From contig CAZUCZ010000001.1 of assembly GCA_964618925.1 (NCBI GenBank), positions 1,464 to 53,817 of the forward strand: DNA of 52,354 nucleotides, given 5' to 3'. Positions 14,549 to 25,050 of the stretch are shown here, one piece after another. The first letter of the stretch is position 1, and each line of letters starts with the position of its first letter. Source of the stretch: an uncultured Candidatus Saccharibacteria bacterium (GTDB lineage Bacteria; Patescibacteriota; Minisyncoccia; Phycocordibacterales; UBA9973). Position numbers and translations under genes: made by a program. The notes beneath the pieces are model-generated. The model did no database searches. It was not told the origin of the DNA and saw only the letters and a program-made list of their open reading frames with translations.

Positions 14549-16351
14549 CTAGTTATCTCCACTTTTCATCATCTTCAAGAAAACATCTTGAGATATGTTT
14601 ACCTTTCCGCGCTCTTTCATTTTCTTCTTTCCTTTCTTTTGCTTTTCTCGTAATTTCATTTTACGAGTTATGTCTCCTCCGTACATGTGCTGAGTCACGT
14701 CTTTTTTCATACCTGATTTAGATCGTGAAGATATTATTCTACCCAACGCCTTGCCTTGTATTTTCATAGCAAACATTTGGCGTGGTAAAAGTTTATCGAG
14801 TTTTTCTACCGACTTTTCGGCTTCTTCTTCCACTCTCCTCTTGGATATAACTTTAGAAAAAGCAGGTACGACTTCGTCTGCGACTATCATATCGAGTCTA
14901 GTTACGTTGGCTTCTCGCATTTCTCCCACATCATAAGATATAGATGCATACCCAGAAGAAGTACTTTTTAGTTCATCAAAGAAGTTACGCATGAGCTCAC
15001 GAAGGGGCATCTTCACTGACACAGAAGACCTATTGTCTCCAAAATTCTCGGTCTCGCCTATTTCAGCTTCATGATCAAACAACAACTGCATTATCGGACC
15101 CAGGTACACAGAAGGTGAAATTATTTTCACACTGACCCAAGGCTCAAATACTTTATCGATATTACCATCATCAGGGAAAAAGTACGGTGAATATATTTTT
15201 TCTTTCTTGCCATTACGAAGTAATACTTCATACGTAATAGATGGAGTTGTTATAACGAGGTCTAGATTAAACTCTCTCTTTAATCTTTCGGTTATGATCT
15301 CCAGGTGGAGCATCCCCAGGAACCCACAGCGGAATCCTTTACCTAAAGACCCTGAGGCTTCTTCTTCATAAGAAAACGCTGAGTCAGAAAGCTTTAGCTT
15401 TCCAAGTGCAAGTTTGAGTTCGGCAAAATCATCTGCATCTTCAGGGAATACTGACGCCCACACCACAGGGAGCGGCTGCATATATCCTGGGAAGGCAGGT
15501 AGCGGATTCTTCGCCATGGTTATGGTATCTCCAACAGAAGCAATACCTGGTTTTTTAATACCTGTAACTATATACCCGGTCTCACCAGCAGATAAAAACT
15601 CTCTTGGAGTTTCCTCTGGAGAAAAAGTACCAACCTCAAGAGCTGTAAATTTTTCTTTGGATATGGCAAAGAGTAAGTTGTCGCCTTTACTAATTTTCCC
15701 ATCGAGTACACGTATGAAAACTATCACTCCTCTGTGATTTGAATATTTAAAATCAAAAACCAGAGCGCGAGTAGATCCCTCTTTTTTTTCGGTTTCTTTT
15801 GGCTCAGGTATTCTTTTAATGATTTCTTTTAATAGATTTTCTACACCTTCGCCAGTACGCCCTGACACGAGCAAGATATCATCAGGATCACAGTCGAGAA
15901 GCTCTACCACCTCCTCTTTGATATCATCCACTCGAGCAAGCGGAGAGTCTATCTTTGATAATACAGGGATTATCTTAAGCCCACCTTCACGAGCCATAGA
16001 GAGAGTGGTCAGCGTCTGAGCTTGCACCCCCTGAGTAGCATCTACGAGCAATATAGAGCCCTCTACGGCTTTGAGGGCACGCGATACCTCATATGAGAAG
16101 TCTATGTGCCCTGGTGTGTCGATCAGGTTGAGGACATAGTTTTCAGCACCTAATTTGTATTCCATGCGCACCGGCTGCATCTTGATCGTGATACCACGCT
16201 CGCGTTCGAGCTCCATGGTATCGAGCATCTGATCACGCATCTTACGCTCTGGTATGGTATGAGTAATTTCAAGCATCCTATCAGCCAAGGTACTTTTACC
16301 ATGGTCTATGTGGGCAATAATTGAAAAATTCCTAATATTTCTTAGGTCCAT
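14549..16351 (-). CDS. lepA: Elongation factor 4 (LepA)
   Basis: NFSIIAHIDHGKSTLADR, DTPGH and the LepA-specific C-terminal domain. 600 aa. Confidence 0.95.
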   Translation of the reverse strand: MDLRNIRNFSIIAHIDHGKSTLADRMLEITHTIPERKMRDQMLDTMELERERGITIKMQPVRMEYKLGAENYVLNLIDTPGHIDFSYEVSRALKAVEGSILLVDATQGVQAQTLTTLSMAREGGLKIIPVLSKIDSPLARVDDIKEEVVELLDCDPDDILLVSGRTGEGVENLLKEIIKRIPEPKETEKKEGSTRALVFDFKYSNHRGVIVFIRVLDGKISKGDNLLFAISKEKFTALEVGTFSPEETPREFLSAGETGYIVTGIKKPGIASVGDTITMAKNPLPAFPGYMQPLPVVWASVFPEDADDFAELKLALGKLKLSDSAFSYEEEASGSLGKGFRCGFLGMLHLEIITERLKREFNLDLVITTPSITYEVLLRNGKKEKIYSPYFFPDDGNIDKVFEPWVSVKIISPSVYLGPIMQLLFDHEAEIGETENFGDNRSSVSVKMPLRELMRNFFDELKSTSSGYASISYDVGEMREANVTRLDMIVADEVVPAFSKVISKRRVEEEAEKSVEKLDKLLPRQMFAMKIQGKALGRIISSRSKSGMKKDVTQHMYGGDITRKMKLREKQKKGKKKMKERGKVNISQDVFLKMMKSGDN

Positions 16352-16403
16352 ATACGTATCTTAGCAGAAAATTGATAAAAATACAGTAGTAGTAAGGTTT
16401 AAA

Positions 16404-18179
16404 TTAAATCTGATTCTTAAAACCACCCGCCTGGAGATCCCAGAGTTTTTTATACAATCCCCCATCTTTTTGAGATAATTCTTCGTGGGTGCCATCTTCA
16501 ATAATCTTACCTTTGCGGATGACAATAATCCTATCCATCTCACGAATCGTAGACAGTCTATGAGCGATCACTATCGCAGTCTTGCCCTTGATCAGAGTGC
16601 GAAGTGCATCTTGGATCAGTAATTCTGAATGTGAGTCAAGTGCCGAAGTCGCCTCATCGAGTATCAGTATCGGCGCATTTTTTAAGATAGCCCGGGCGAT
16701 GGCTACACGCTGCCGCTCACCTCCTGAAAGTTTTACTCCCCGCTCCCCTACATATGTTTCGTATTTTTGTGGTAGTGCATCGATAAATTCATCACAGTGA
16801 GCAAGGTGTGCTGCACGCAAGACTTCTTCGTCTGTGGCGTCACGCTTACCATAGCGAATATTTTCCATCAAGGTACGGTGGAACAATGTTGGATCTTGTG
16901 GCACAAAGGCGATATTTTCTCGAAGATTATCCTGAGAGATAGTTTGGATATCTACACCATCGATCAGGATTTTACCTTTGCGTAGATTAAACAATCTCAT
17001 AAGGAGTCGTACAAATGTAGACTTCCCAGCACCCGAAGACCCCACCATGGCGATCTTCTGCCCTGCAGGAATTGTGAGAGAAAATTCATCCAAAACTTTG
17101 GTGTTGTTATTTTCATACACGTACGTGACATTGTCGAATACAACTTCACCTTTTACTTCCTCGAGCTTTTGGGTTGGATTATCTTGTATTTCATATGGCA
17201 TATCTAGTATTACTGCCATTTCTTCCGCGTCAGCAAAACTTTCGTAATAGGCACGCACGATAGCACCGAAGCTCCACAAGTTTTCAGCGAGGCGTATAAA
17301 GTAACTTTGTAGCAATACTACGATAGGTAATGTAATAAGTCCGAGCTTCCAATCATCGAGCACTTTCCAGAAAATAATAAACTCTGTACAGAGTATCAAG
17401 AACGACTGAATACTCGCAAAACCTTCCCAAAGAAGCCAGTTAAATGTGGTTTTCTGGCGTTGATCTTGGATAACTCCATGGATACGTTCTTTCTCGTGGG
17501 TATATCCAGTAAATAATTGAATCGATGAGTGGTTACCGATCGAGTCCGCCAAAGCACCCACTGTTTTTGAATCAGCCGCGGAAGCGATAATGTCATATTT
17601 GAGTTTGAAACGGATATATACAAATGCTGCAATAATAAACACAATACAAAAGATGCCAAGAATATACGAATATTTTGGTAAAAGCGTATAGATGGCTATC
17701 ACGGTACCAATACCACGAACAATCAGTGGCAAACCGTCGACCATCATACGATCAGTTAATTTCTCAAATGCGCGTGCATACTTATTTATTTTTTGAGTTA
17801 ATGATCCTCCGAAGTTATTTGCAAAGAATGACATCGAATGCCCGAGCATGTGCGCGATTGCTTGTTCACGCAACCCAGCCATCACACTTGCTTCTAGATA
17901 TGATAAGAAAAATCCTGAAAAACGACGGATGATGAAGCGAATAAAATTTAAAATCAGAATTAAAATAATAATTGCTTTCCCAGCAGCCACCACACTAAAA
18001 TCATTGGTACTGAGCACATTCCAGAGTCGTAAATATTGAAGTGGTATGTACACATCGAGCGCCGATGCAGTGACCATACAAAAAATCACAGAGAAAAACG
18101 CCACTTTGTAGTGTCTGGTAACTTGCCAAAAATATTTAAGCACCAATCCACGGTGCATATTAGAATAATCCTTTTCCAT
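16404..18179 (-). CDS. ABC transporter, fused permease/ATPase (MsbA/exporter type)
   Basis: Six-TM N-terminal half, then GSSGAGKST (Walker A), LSGGERQRVAIARA (signature) and ILILDEATSALD (Walker B). Confidence 0.9.
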   Translation of the reverse strand: MEKDYSNMHRGLVLKYFWQVTRHYKVAFFSVIFCMVTASALDVYIPLQYLRLWNVLSTNDFSVVAAGKAIIILILILNFIRFIIRRFSGFFLSYLEASVMAGLREQAIAHMLGHSMSFFANNFGGSLTQKINKYARAFEKLTDRMMVDGLPLIVRGIGTVIAIYTLLPKYSYILGIFCIVFIIAAFVYIRFKLKYDIIASAADSKTVGALADSIGNHSSIQLFTGYTHEKERIHGVIQDQRQKTTFNWLLWEGFASIQSFLILCTEFIIFWKVLDDWKLGLITLPIVVLLQSYFIRLAENLWSFGAIVRAYYESFADAEEMAVILDMPYEIQDNPTQKLEEVKGEVVFDNVTYVYENNNTKVLDEFSLTIPAGQKIAMVGSSGAGKSTFVRLLMRLFNLRKGKILIDGVDIQTISQDNLRENIAFVPQDPTLFHRTLMENIRYGKRDATDEEVLRAAHLAHCDEFIDALPQKYETYVGERGVKLSGGERQRVAIARAILKNAPILILDEATSALDSHSELLIQDALRTLIKGKTAIVIAHRLSTIREMDRIIVIRKGKIIEDGTHEELSQKDGGLYKKLWDLQAGGFKNQI

Positions 18180-18245
18180 ATATAGATTAAAATAGACTTA
18201 TGCGTCTGGACACATATTATACAATAAAAGATAAAAAATGCTAAA

Positions 18246-19925
18246 TTAGAGCTCTTCTTGAGATGGAGCGAGGATTTTTGCGTTCCAGAATTTGGTTTTG
18301 AATGTTTTTAATACTTCTTTTAGTTCTTCACTCTTAAGGAGATACAAGACTACCACGGCTACGCCTATGCCGAGCATTCCCGATATAAATCCTTGCAAAA
18401 ATACTCCGAAAAATGTCGTCGTACCAAAAATTGGTGAGAGCACATTGAGACTTAAATACGCTACGAGCCCCAAGAAAAATGATGCCCCAAGACTTTGGAA
18501 AAAAGTTTTCGTGATGAATGATTCCCCTTGCATGAAATCTTTCCGCACAAAGAACCAGTGGAGAATCGCATTCAAGATAGTCCCCGCTGAATATGCAAGC
18601 GGCAACATGAGAACTTCGGTGCCAGGTATATCTTCAACCTTGAGTAGTGATTCGATAAAATATCGTACATAGGTTACATTTTCAAATAGATGTATAAATA
18701 CATATGACAAAATCACGATCACAATAGAACAAGAAAAGTTAACAATAAGTGGACGCTTGGTATCACCATTTGCATAGTATGCTCGAGAAAGTAGTGTGAT
18801 CATCCCCTGCGCTAAGATCGATATAGAGAATATCGCAAGTGATGCTGCCACCAGCCTCGTATTATCCCAAGAAAATGTTGGCGAGCCGAGAATGACTCGC
18901 ACGATCTGCGCACGAACCACAATAAAGAGAAAGATAACAGGCAGCGACCAAAAGACAATAGCACGGGCTGCCGACTTTAAGTGATTTCTAAATTCATCGA
19001 GCTTCCCGGATGCAATAGATTTTGTGAGAGTCGGAAACGCAGCCACCGCATACGAGATACCGATAATATTGAGTGGTACTGATTGCAGATTATATGATAA
19101 GTTAAAGATAGAGATAGAACCACTTTTCAAATACGACGCCAGTGCAATGATCGAGATCAATGCAATGTTGTTAAAAGAAAGTCCGAGCGTACGAGGAAGT
19201 GATGTAAGGGCAACACGTTTTATATCAGTAAAGTTTATAGACCACGAAAACTTTGGGGTAAAGCCGCAGCTTTTTGAAGAGATCGCTTGAACTAAAAAAT
19301 GCAAAAACGCTCCGAGTGCCACCCCCATCGCAAGTCCATAGATACCAAAGAATGGATACAGAAATACAATGCCAATAATAATACCGGTATTGTATAGAAT
19401 AGGGCTCAAAGAATAAATAAAGAACTTACGAAACAACTGCGTGACCGTACCAAAGAGATTCGACAACCCCATCAGTATCGGAGACAAGAGCATGATCCGT
19501 GACAACACGACAAGCTTTGCTTGCATATCTGGTGTAAACCCAGGTGCGATGAATGGAATCAGATGTGGAATAATCAGAAAAATAATCCCAGAAATGAGCA
19601 CCATAGTAGCGAGAAAGACGGTAAAAACATCATTCAGAAACTTGCGAGATTTTTCAGTCACCTTACCATCATCCATTTTATCCACGATAAATGGTATGAG
19701 CACTGTGATGGATGCAAGTGAGGCAATAGAAATAAAAATCAGATCAGGAATACGAAATGCAGCATAGTATGCATCGAGCTGTGGAGAAGGACCAATAAAG
19801 TATGCAATTGATCGATCACGGAACAGTGCCAACACCTGAGACAAGAAAGCGAAAAAGCCGAGTAATAGTGCCGCCTGGTTAACACTACTATATTCTTTGG
19901 AGAGTATTCTGAGGATTTTATTCAT
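18246..19925 (-). CDS. murJ: Lipid II flippase MurJ (MviN family)
   Basis: 559-aa polytopic protein. The N-terminus ...LLGFFAFLSQVLALFRDRSIAYFIGPSPQLDAYYAAFRIPDL matches the MurJ consensus. Confidence 0.85.
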   Translation of the reverse strand: MNKILRILSKEYSSVNQAALLLGFFAFLSQVLALFRDRSIAYFIGPSPQLDAYYAAFRIPDLIFISIASLASITVLIPFIVDKMDDGKVTEKSRKFLNDVFTVFLATMVLISGIIFLIIPHLIPFIAPGFTPDMQAKLVVLSRIMLLSPILMGLSNLFGTVTQLFRKFFIYSLSPILYNTGIIIGIVFLYPFFGIYGLAMGVALGAFLHFLVQAISSKSCGFTPKFSWSINFTDIKRVALTSLPRTLGLSFNNIALISIIALASYLKSGSISIFNLSYNLQSVPLNIIGISYAVAAFPTLTKSIASGKLDEFRNHLKSAARAIVFWSLPVIFLFIVVRAQIVRVILGSPTFSWDNTRLVAASLAIFSISILAQGMITLLSRAYYANGDTKRPLIVNFSCSIVIVILSYVFIHLFENVTYVRYFIESLLKVEDIPGTEVLMLPLAYSAGTILNAILHWFFVRKDFMQGESFITKTFFQSLGASFFLGLVAYLSLNVLSPIFGTTTFFGVFLQGFISGMLGIGVAVVVLYLLKSEELKEVLKTFKTKFWNAKILAPSQEEL

Positions 19926-19928
19926 CGT

Positions 19929-22004
19929 CTATTGCTTTTTTGTAGTATCTTTTGTTTCAGAAGTATTTGTAGATGTACCTCTTAGAGAATCGACGTATTT
20001 CATCAAGTCCTTATTACCTGGAGCAAATGAAAGAGCTTTCTGTGCGTATGAGACAGCACCTGCTGTGTCGCCCTCGTTTTTAGCTATTTGTGACAATGTG
20101 ATAAGTGCATCAATATAATCTGGCTTGAGAGTTAATGCTTGATTTGCATAATCTTTGGCATCTGAATTTTTACCAAGAGATATAGATACATTTGCCATCA
20201 CAAGCTTGAGACGTGGATTGTTTGGATTTAATTTTGAAGCACTCTCGTATGCTTCGAGGGCTTTACTGTAGCCATCTTTTACTCCGATAATACCAGCTGT
20301 CTGGAAGACATTACCGAGCATTTGGTAGTTAAGATAATTCTTATTATTATACGTAGTTGCAAGCTGGGCACCACTTACTGCTTGATCTAGGGATGTTTGT
20401 AATGTTGCTTTGTCAGCATCGGAAATATCTGTAGCGCCTGCTGAGACGATGGAATTCATCTTAAGAAGATATACCTGTGCATAGGTACGGAGATATAAGT
20501 CGTTTGTATTTAATACGAGGGCTTTATTGATATATGTTTCCGCGTCAGCTACATTTGCTGCAGAGAGAGTCTTTGTAAAGTACGGTACAGAAATAAAACG
20601 CTGAATATATTTGAATCCAACAGCTGCAGAAAGAATCATAAGAATTACAAGCACGAGCATAGAGATGAAACTCTTTCGGTGATCATTTAAGAACGACACA
20701 GAGAGCTCGCCTTCTTTGGTGTTCGAAGACACGAGCCCAATGAATACTCCAGCAAACACGAACGCAAGAAGAAAGATCACACTACCAGTAAAGTAGAAAA
20801 ATGAAGCAATGAAGAGGTATAGTGAGAGAAAGAAAAATGATACTGTCTCAAGACTGATGTTATTCTTCAGACTAAAGAAGAGCCACTTGATACCAGTAAT
20901 AACGAATAGTACTAAGAAGACGATCCAAGCCAGGATACCGAGGAGTCCAGTTGTTGCAGTAAGTGTTGGCAATAAGCCAGCGCCAGAATTAAACGATACA
21001 TCCCAAAACTGAGTTTGATTAATGAGGACCGGTTTATACATTGCCCATGCCTCAGTAAAACGGTTTGGTCCGATACCTAAGACTGGATGATCTTTAACTA
21101 CATCCTTAGTTACCGAAAACGTAGACATGAGAGAAGGACTGATCTCGTTATTTACTAGTCCGAGTCGTGTAGGGAGAATTCCTCCGATCAACCCAGCAGA
21201 CATAAAGAAGAATAGAGACACAAGCACAACACCAAAAGAAAATAGTGGGAAATTATTCTTCATTGCCTCTTTCCCTTTCGCAGAATTTATAGATACTTTG
21301 TATATAAAAATAAGAAGTGCGAAAATACCAAGAATCTCCCAGGCAAACACAAAGTTCACTAATGTGATTAATGCCAAAGCAACGACGACAAATACTCCGA
21401 GGATGATCTTGAGAGTCTTCTCGATAGGAAATAGTTCCAGTAAAAAGAGAGCTGCAACTACAAAGAAACCAGTAAAAATTCCAAAAGAGTTCCAAGAACC
21501 TAAGATATTATCAGTCTTGTTTACTAATACTCCGAGCGCTAATACTTTTGGTAAAAATAAATGAAGTGCTTGGAACACCATCACTACTAATGCCGAAGCA
21601 ATCGTACCGAACAATACCATGCGTGCATTTTTAGGATCTTTGAAGATAAGAGCTGCCATAAGCATAAGCAGAAAAGCTGCGAGCATGAACCAAAAAGTAC
21701 CGACATCGAGCATCGTACCAAAGAATGATGCATCGAGTGCTCCAGAAAAAATAGCAGACAGTAGCGTCACTACCACAACACCAAGCCCTGCGACGAGCGG
21801 GAGAGATTTTGGAAGCGTGATATGCCCATCAGAGAATCTCACGATAATCCAAAAGATTACGGAAATGATCAGACCAATAACTAAAAATAATCCCTTACCA
21901 GTTTCGATAGGAATATTTGTAAAAGGTAGGAAAAAAATTGGTAATAAAGTTACTACTAAAAAGAGAGACCAGAACGATAGCTTGGTTAATATATTTGAAT
22001 TCAT
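19929..22004 (-). CDS. O-antigen-ligase-like (Wzy_C) polytopic membrane protein with C-terminal TPR repeats
   Basis: More than 10 TM helices over about 450 aa, followed by repeated TPR-like units (...YAQVYLLKMN..., ALEAYESASKLNPNNPR, AKDYANQALTLKPDYIDA, AVSYAQKALSFAPGN). Confidence 0.6.
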   Translation of the reverse strand: MNSNILTKLSFWSLFLVVTLLPIFFLPFTNIPIETGKGLFLVIGLIISVIFWIIVRFSDGHITLPKSLPLVAGLGVVVVTLLSAIFSGALDASFFGTMLDVGTFWFMLAAFLLMLMAALIFKDPKNARMVLFGTIASALVVMVFQALHLFLPKVLALGVLVNKTDNILGSWNSFGIFTGFFVVAALFLLELFPIEKTLKIILGVFVVVALALITLVNFVFAWEILGIFALLIFIYKVSINSAKGKEAMKNNFPLFSFGVVLVSLFFFMSAGLIGGILPTRLGLVNNEISPSLMSTFSVTKDVVKDHPVLGIGPNRFTEAWAMYKPVLINQTQFWDVSFNSGAGLLPTLTATTGLLGILAWIVFLVLFVITGIKWLFFSLKNNISLETVSFFFLSLYLFIASFFYFTGSVIFLLAFVFAGVFIGLVSSNTKEGELSVSFLNDHRKSFISMLVLVILMILSAAVGFKYIQRFISVPYFTKTLSAANVADAETYINKALVLNTNDLYLRTYAQVYLLKMNSIVSAGATDISDADKATLQTSLDQAVSGAQLATTYNNKNYLNYQMLGNVFQTAGIIGVKDGYSKALEAYESASKLNPNNPRLKLVMANVSISLGKNSDAKDYANQALTLKPDYIDALITLSQIAKNEGDTAGAVSYAQKALSFAPGNKDLMKYVDSLRGTSTNTSETKDTTKKQ

Positions 22005-22023
22005 ATGTTTATTATACTACACA

Positions 22024-25000
22024 CTAGACGACGATGTTAATAATCTTCCTGGGGATAAAAATCACTTTTTTGATATCCGCGACGAGCCATTTTTTGACAT
22101 CTGGGATCTGGGTTGCAATAGCTAGTGCTTCGGATTCGAGGATTTCTGGGCTTGCCTTAAATTCTGCACGAACTTTACCGTTTATTTGAATCACGATAGT
22201 CACTTCTAGTTCTTTCATTTTACTTTTATTTGCTTTCGGCCATGACTCCAATACGAGGAGACTTTTATGTCCTAAATTATTCCAGATTTCTTCAGTTATG
22301 TGTGGTGCGAATGGAGATAGAATTTTCAAAAATAGTTCAAAATCTTTTTTATCTACACATGCTGCTTTCTCCATTTCATTTACTAAGATCATCATTGATG
22401 AAATACAAGTATTGAAAGCAAAATTTTCTATATCTGTGGTAACTTTCTGGATTGTTTTATGTAGAACTGTTTGCAGCACTGCATCTGAGGTTGTCTTTTT
22501 ATCTGCAGGAATTTTTTGTGAAAGTTTCCAGACACGTTCGAGAAAACGACGTGATCCAACAATGTTGTCAGTACTCCATGGAAGTGATGCATCGAATGGA
22601 CCCATGAACATTTCATATACCCGTAGTGTATCTGCACCATAATTTTTGACAATTTCATCTGGGTTAATGACATTACCCCAACGCTTACTCATCTTTCTAT
22701 TGTCCGTACCCAGAATCATACCTTGATTACGAAGTGTCTGAAATGGTTCTTCGGTCACCACGAGTCCGTAATCTTTTAAGAATTTGTGCCAGAAACGCGA
22801 GTAAAGTAAATGTCCTGTGGCGTGTTCCTGTCCACCAACATACATATCTACATTTTTCCAATACTTTATCGCTGACTTATCAGCAAAAGATTTCTTATTC
22901 TTCGGATCCATGTAACGCAAGAAATACCAAGAAGACCCTGCCCAACCTGGCATCGTATTCGTCTCGTAGCCATGCTTCATCCAATCTTTCACACTTGCGA
23001 GCGGAGACTCTCCGGTACCGAGTGGTTTATATGACTTTACAGGTGGAAGTTTGAGAGGAAGTTTTTTCTCAGGCAATTCTTTTATCATCCCCTCTTTGTC
23101 GTACATGAGTGGTATAGGTTCTCCCCAATACCGCTGCCGTGCAAAGATAGCATCACGCATTTTGTAATTTACCTTGCGGGTAGCAAAACCTTTTTTTACG
23201 AGCCAGTCTGTGATATCTGCTCGTGCTTCATGAACTTCTCTTCCTTTAAATTCTGGTGGTTCTGTTAAAATTCCATCTAATATAGGTTGCTCTTTACCTA
23301 GAAGAACGTTCCATCTATATCGCAAACTTTCTGTGGTTAAAAAAGATTCTACTTCTTCTTTTTTAAGCCAAATGAATTCATGGTTTTGTTTCTCTGTCTC
23401 TGAGACTTCTTTTTGGTCTCCATTTTCTAATTCAAAATAAAATGTATCGAAATGTCCAAAACGGTTTTGGTCTTTTGGTTTATGAAAAAACAAACTATGA
23501 TATCTACCGAGCTTCTTTACTAGTTTTAAATTAAAATACCCAGTTTCCTCTTCAATCTCAGCTCGAGCTGCTTCTTCAGCTGTCTGTCCTTTTTCTATAC
23601 CACCACTAATAAAAGTTCCCCAGTTTACTTTCTTCCATTTTAATCCTAAGTACTTGTCTTCTGACCAATGTTTAACGATCGCAAGGATCGCATCTCTCTC
23701 AACTGTTGGTTTATCCTTTCGCACTGCATCCATCCCATCATTGTCCACAAAAAACGGTTCAATAACTTCTTTTAATTTAATATTAAACTTTTTTGCAAAG
23801 GCAAAATCGCGAACGTCATGTGCAGAACATTTTACAATACCTGTACCATAATCTTTTAATGCAAAACTCGCTACCCATATTGGCAAGTCGCCATTACCGA
23901 GCGGATCGATGGCATATCTGCCAGTAAAAATGCCATCGATGTCTTTATATTCATCCCCAAGTTTATTTCTCTTATCTATTATTTCTTTAGCTTTCTTTAG
24001 TACAGCATCTTTTTCTGGTCTACCTTCGAGTAATTTTAAAAGAAGCGGATGATCTGGAGCAATAACAAAAAATGTATCAGCATAGCAGGCTTCGTAGTGG
24101 GCACTAAATGTTTTTATGATAATATCACTATCTTTAACTTTCGCAGAAAAGATTAAACCTTCACTCTTCCCTATCCAGTTCTTCTGTATTTCTTTTATAT
24201 GAAGTGACCAATTCAAACTATCGAGTCCAGAGAGGAGTCTGTCTGCATATGCGGTGATGCGCATGAACCATTGACGCATGTTTTTCTTCTCGACTGGATA
24301 TCCGCCACGCTCAGACACAGGACCATGTGGACCATCGACGACTTCATCATTTGCAAGAACTGTACCGAGTCCTGGACACCAATTCACCTCGGCATAGCCT
24401 TCATACGCGAGACGATATTTCATCAAGGTATCTTGCTTTTCTTTTGGGGTTTTGATCTTCCATTCTTTTGCGGTGAAAATTCCTACATTATTGTCAGAGA
24501 CTGCATCTATATTTTCATTACCAGACTTTTCAAAAATCTTGGTGAGTTTTTCTATCGGCTGTGCTTTATTTGTCTTTTTGTCATACCAAGAATTGTAAAT
24601 CTTTAAGAATATCCATTGCGTCCATTTATAAAATTCTGGATCCGTCGTGTTTACTCTACGATCCCAATCATACGAGAGTCCGATAATAGAGAGCTGCTTT
24701 TCAAATGTTTTGACATTTTTCTCTACTGCTTGGCGAGGGTTAATATTGTGATCTATCGCATATTGCTCTGCAGGTAAACCAAATGCATCATAACCCATCG
24801 GATGAAGAACATTGTATCCTTCCATCCGTTTCATTCGTGCAAATACATCGGACCCAATGTATCCTTTTGGATGCCCCACGTGCAACCCAACCCCTGAAGG
24901 ATATGGGAACATATCGAGCACATAGTATTTTTTCTGCTTTGATTTATTTGAGGTTTTGTAAGCCTTCTTTTTCTCCCAAATACTCTGCCATGATTTTTCA

Positions 25001-25026
25001 ATTTTCTTATGATCGTATTCTTTCAT
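22024..25026 (-). CDS. leuS: Leucyl-tRNA synthetase carrying an inserted Nudix-like domain
   Basis: PYPSGVGLHVGHP (HIGH), a CP1 block GTGIVKCSAHDVRDFAFA, RKVNYKMRDAIFARQRYWGEPIP and KMSKRWGN (KMSKS). At 1000 aa it is about 140-190 aa longer than typical bacterial LeuRS. Confidence 0.9.
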   Translation of the reverse strand: MKEYDHKKIEKSWQSIWEKKKAYKTSNKSKQKKYYVLDMFPYPSGVGLHVGHPKGYIGSDVFARMKRMEGYNVLHPMGYDAFGLPAEQYAIDHNINPRQAVEKNVKTFEKQLSIIGLSYDWDRRVNTTDPEFYKWTQWIFLKIYNSWYDKKTNKAQPIEKLTKIFEKSGNENIDAVSDNNVGIFTAKEWKIKTPKEKQDTLMKYRLAYEGYAEVNWCPGLGTVLANDEVVDGPHGPVSERGGYPVEKKNMRQWFMRITAYADRLLSGLDSLNWSLHIKEIQKNWIGKSEGLIFSAKVKDSDIIIKTFSAHYEACYADTFFVIAPDHPLLLKLLEGRPEKDAVLKKAKEIIDKRNKLGDEYKDIDGIFTGRYAIDPLGNGDLPIWVASFALKDYGTGIVKCSAHDVRDFAFAKKFNIKLKEVIEPFFVDNDGMDAVRKDKPTVERDAILAIVKHWSEDKYLGLKWKKVNWGTFISGGIEKGQTAEEAARAEIEEETGYFNLKLVKKLGRYHSLFFHKPKDQNRFGHFDTFYFELENGDQKEVSETEKQNHEFIWLKKEEVESFLTTESLRYRWNVLLGKEQPILDGILTEPPEFKGREVHEARADITDWLVKKGFATRKVNYKMRDAIFARQRYWGEPIPLMYDKEGMIKELPEKKLPLKLPPVKSYKPLGTGESPLASVKDWMKHGYETNTMPGWAGSSWYFLRYMDPKNKKSFADKSAIKYWKNVDMYVGGQEHATGHLLYSRFWHKFLKDYGLVVTEEPFQTLRNQGMILGTDNRKMSKRWGNVINPDEIVKNYGADTLRVYEMFMGPFDASLPWSTDNIVGSRRFLERVWKLSQKIPADKKTTSDAVLQTVLHKTIQKVTTDIENFAFNTCISSMMILVNEMEKAACVDKKDFELFLKILSPFAPHITEEIWNNLGHKSLLVLESWPKANKSKMKELEVTIVIQINGKVRAEFKASPEILESEALAIATQIPDVKKWLVADIKKVIFIPRKIINIVV

Positions 25027-25050
25027 AATAACATTCGCTGTAACGAGTTT

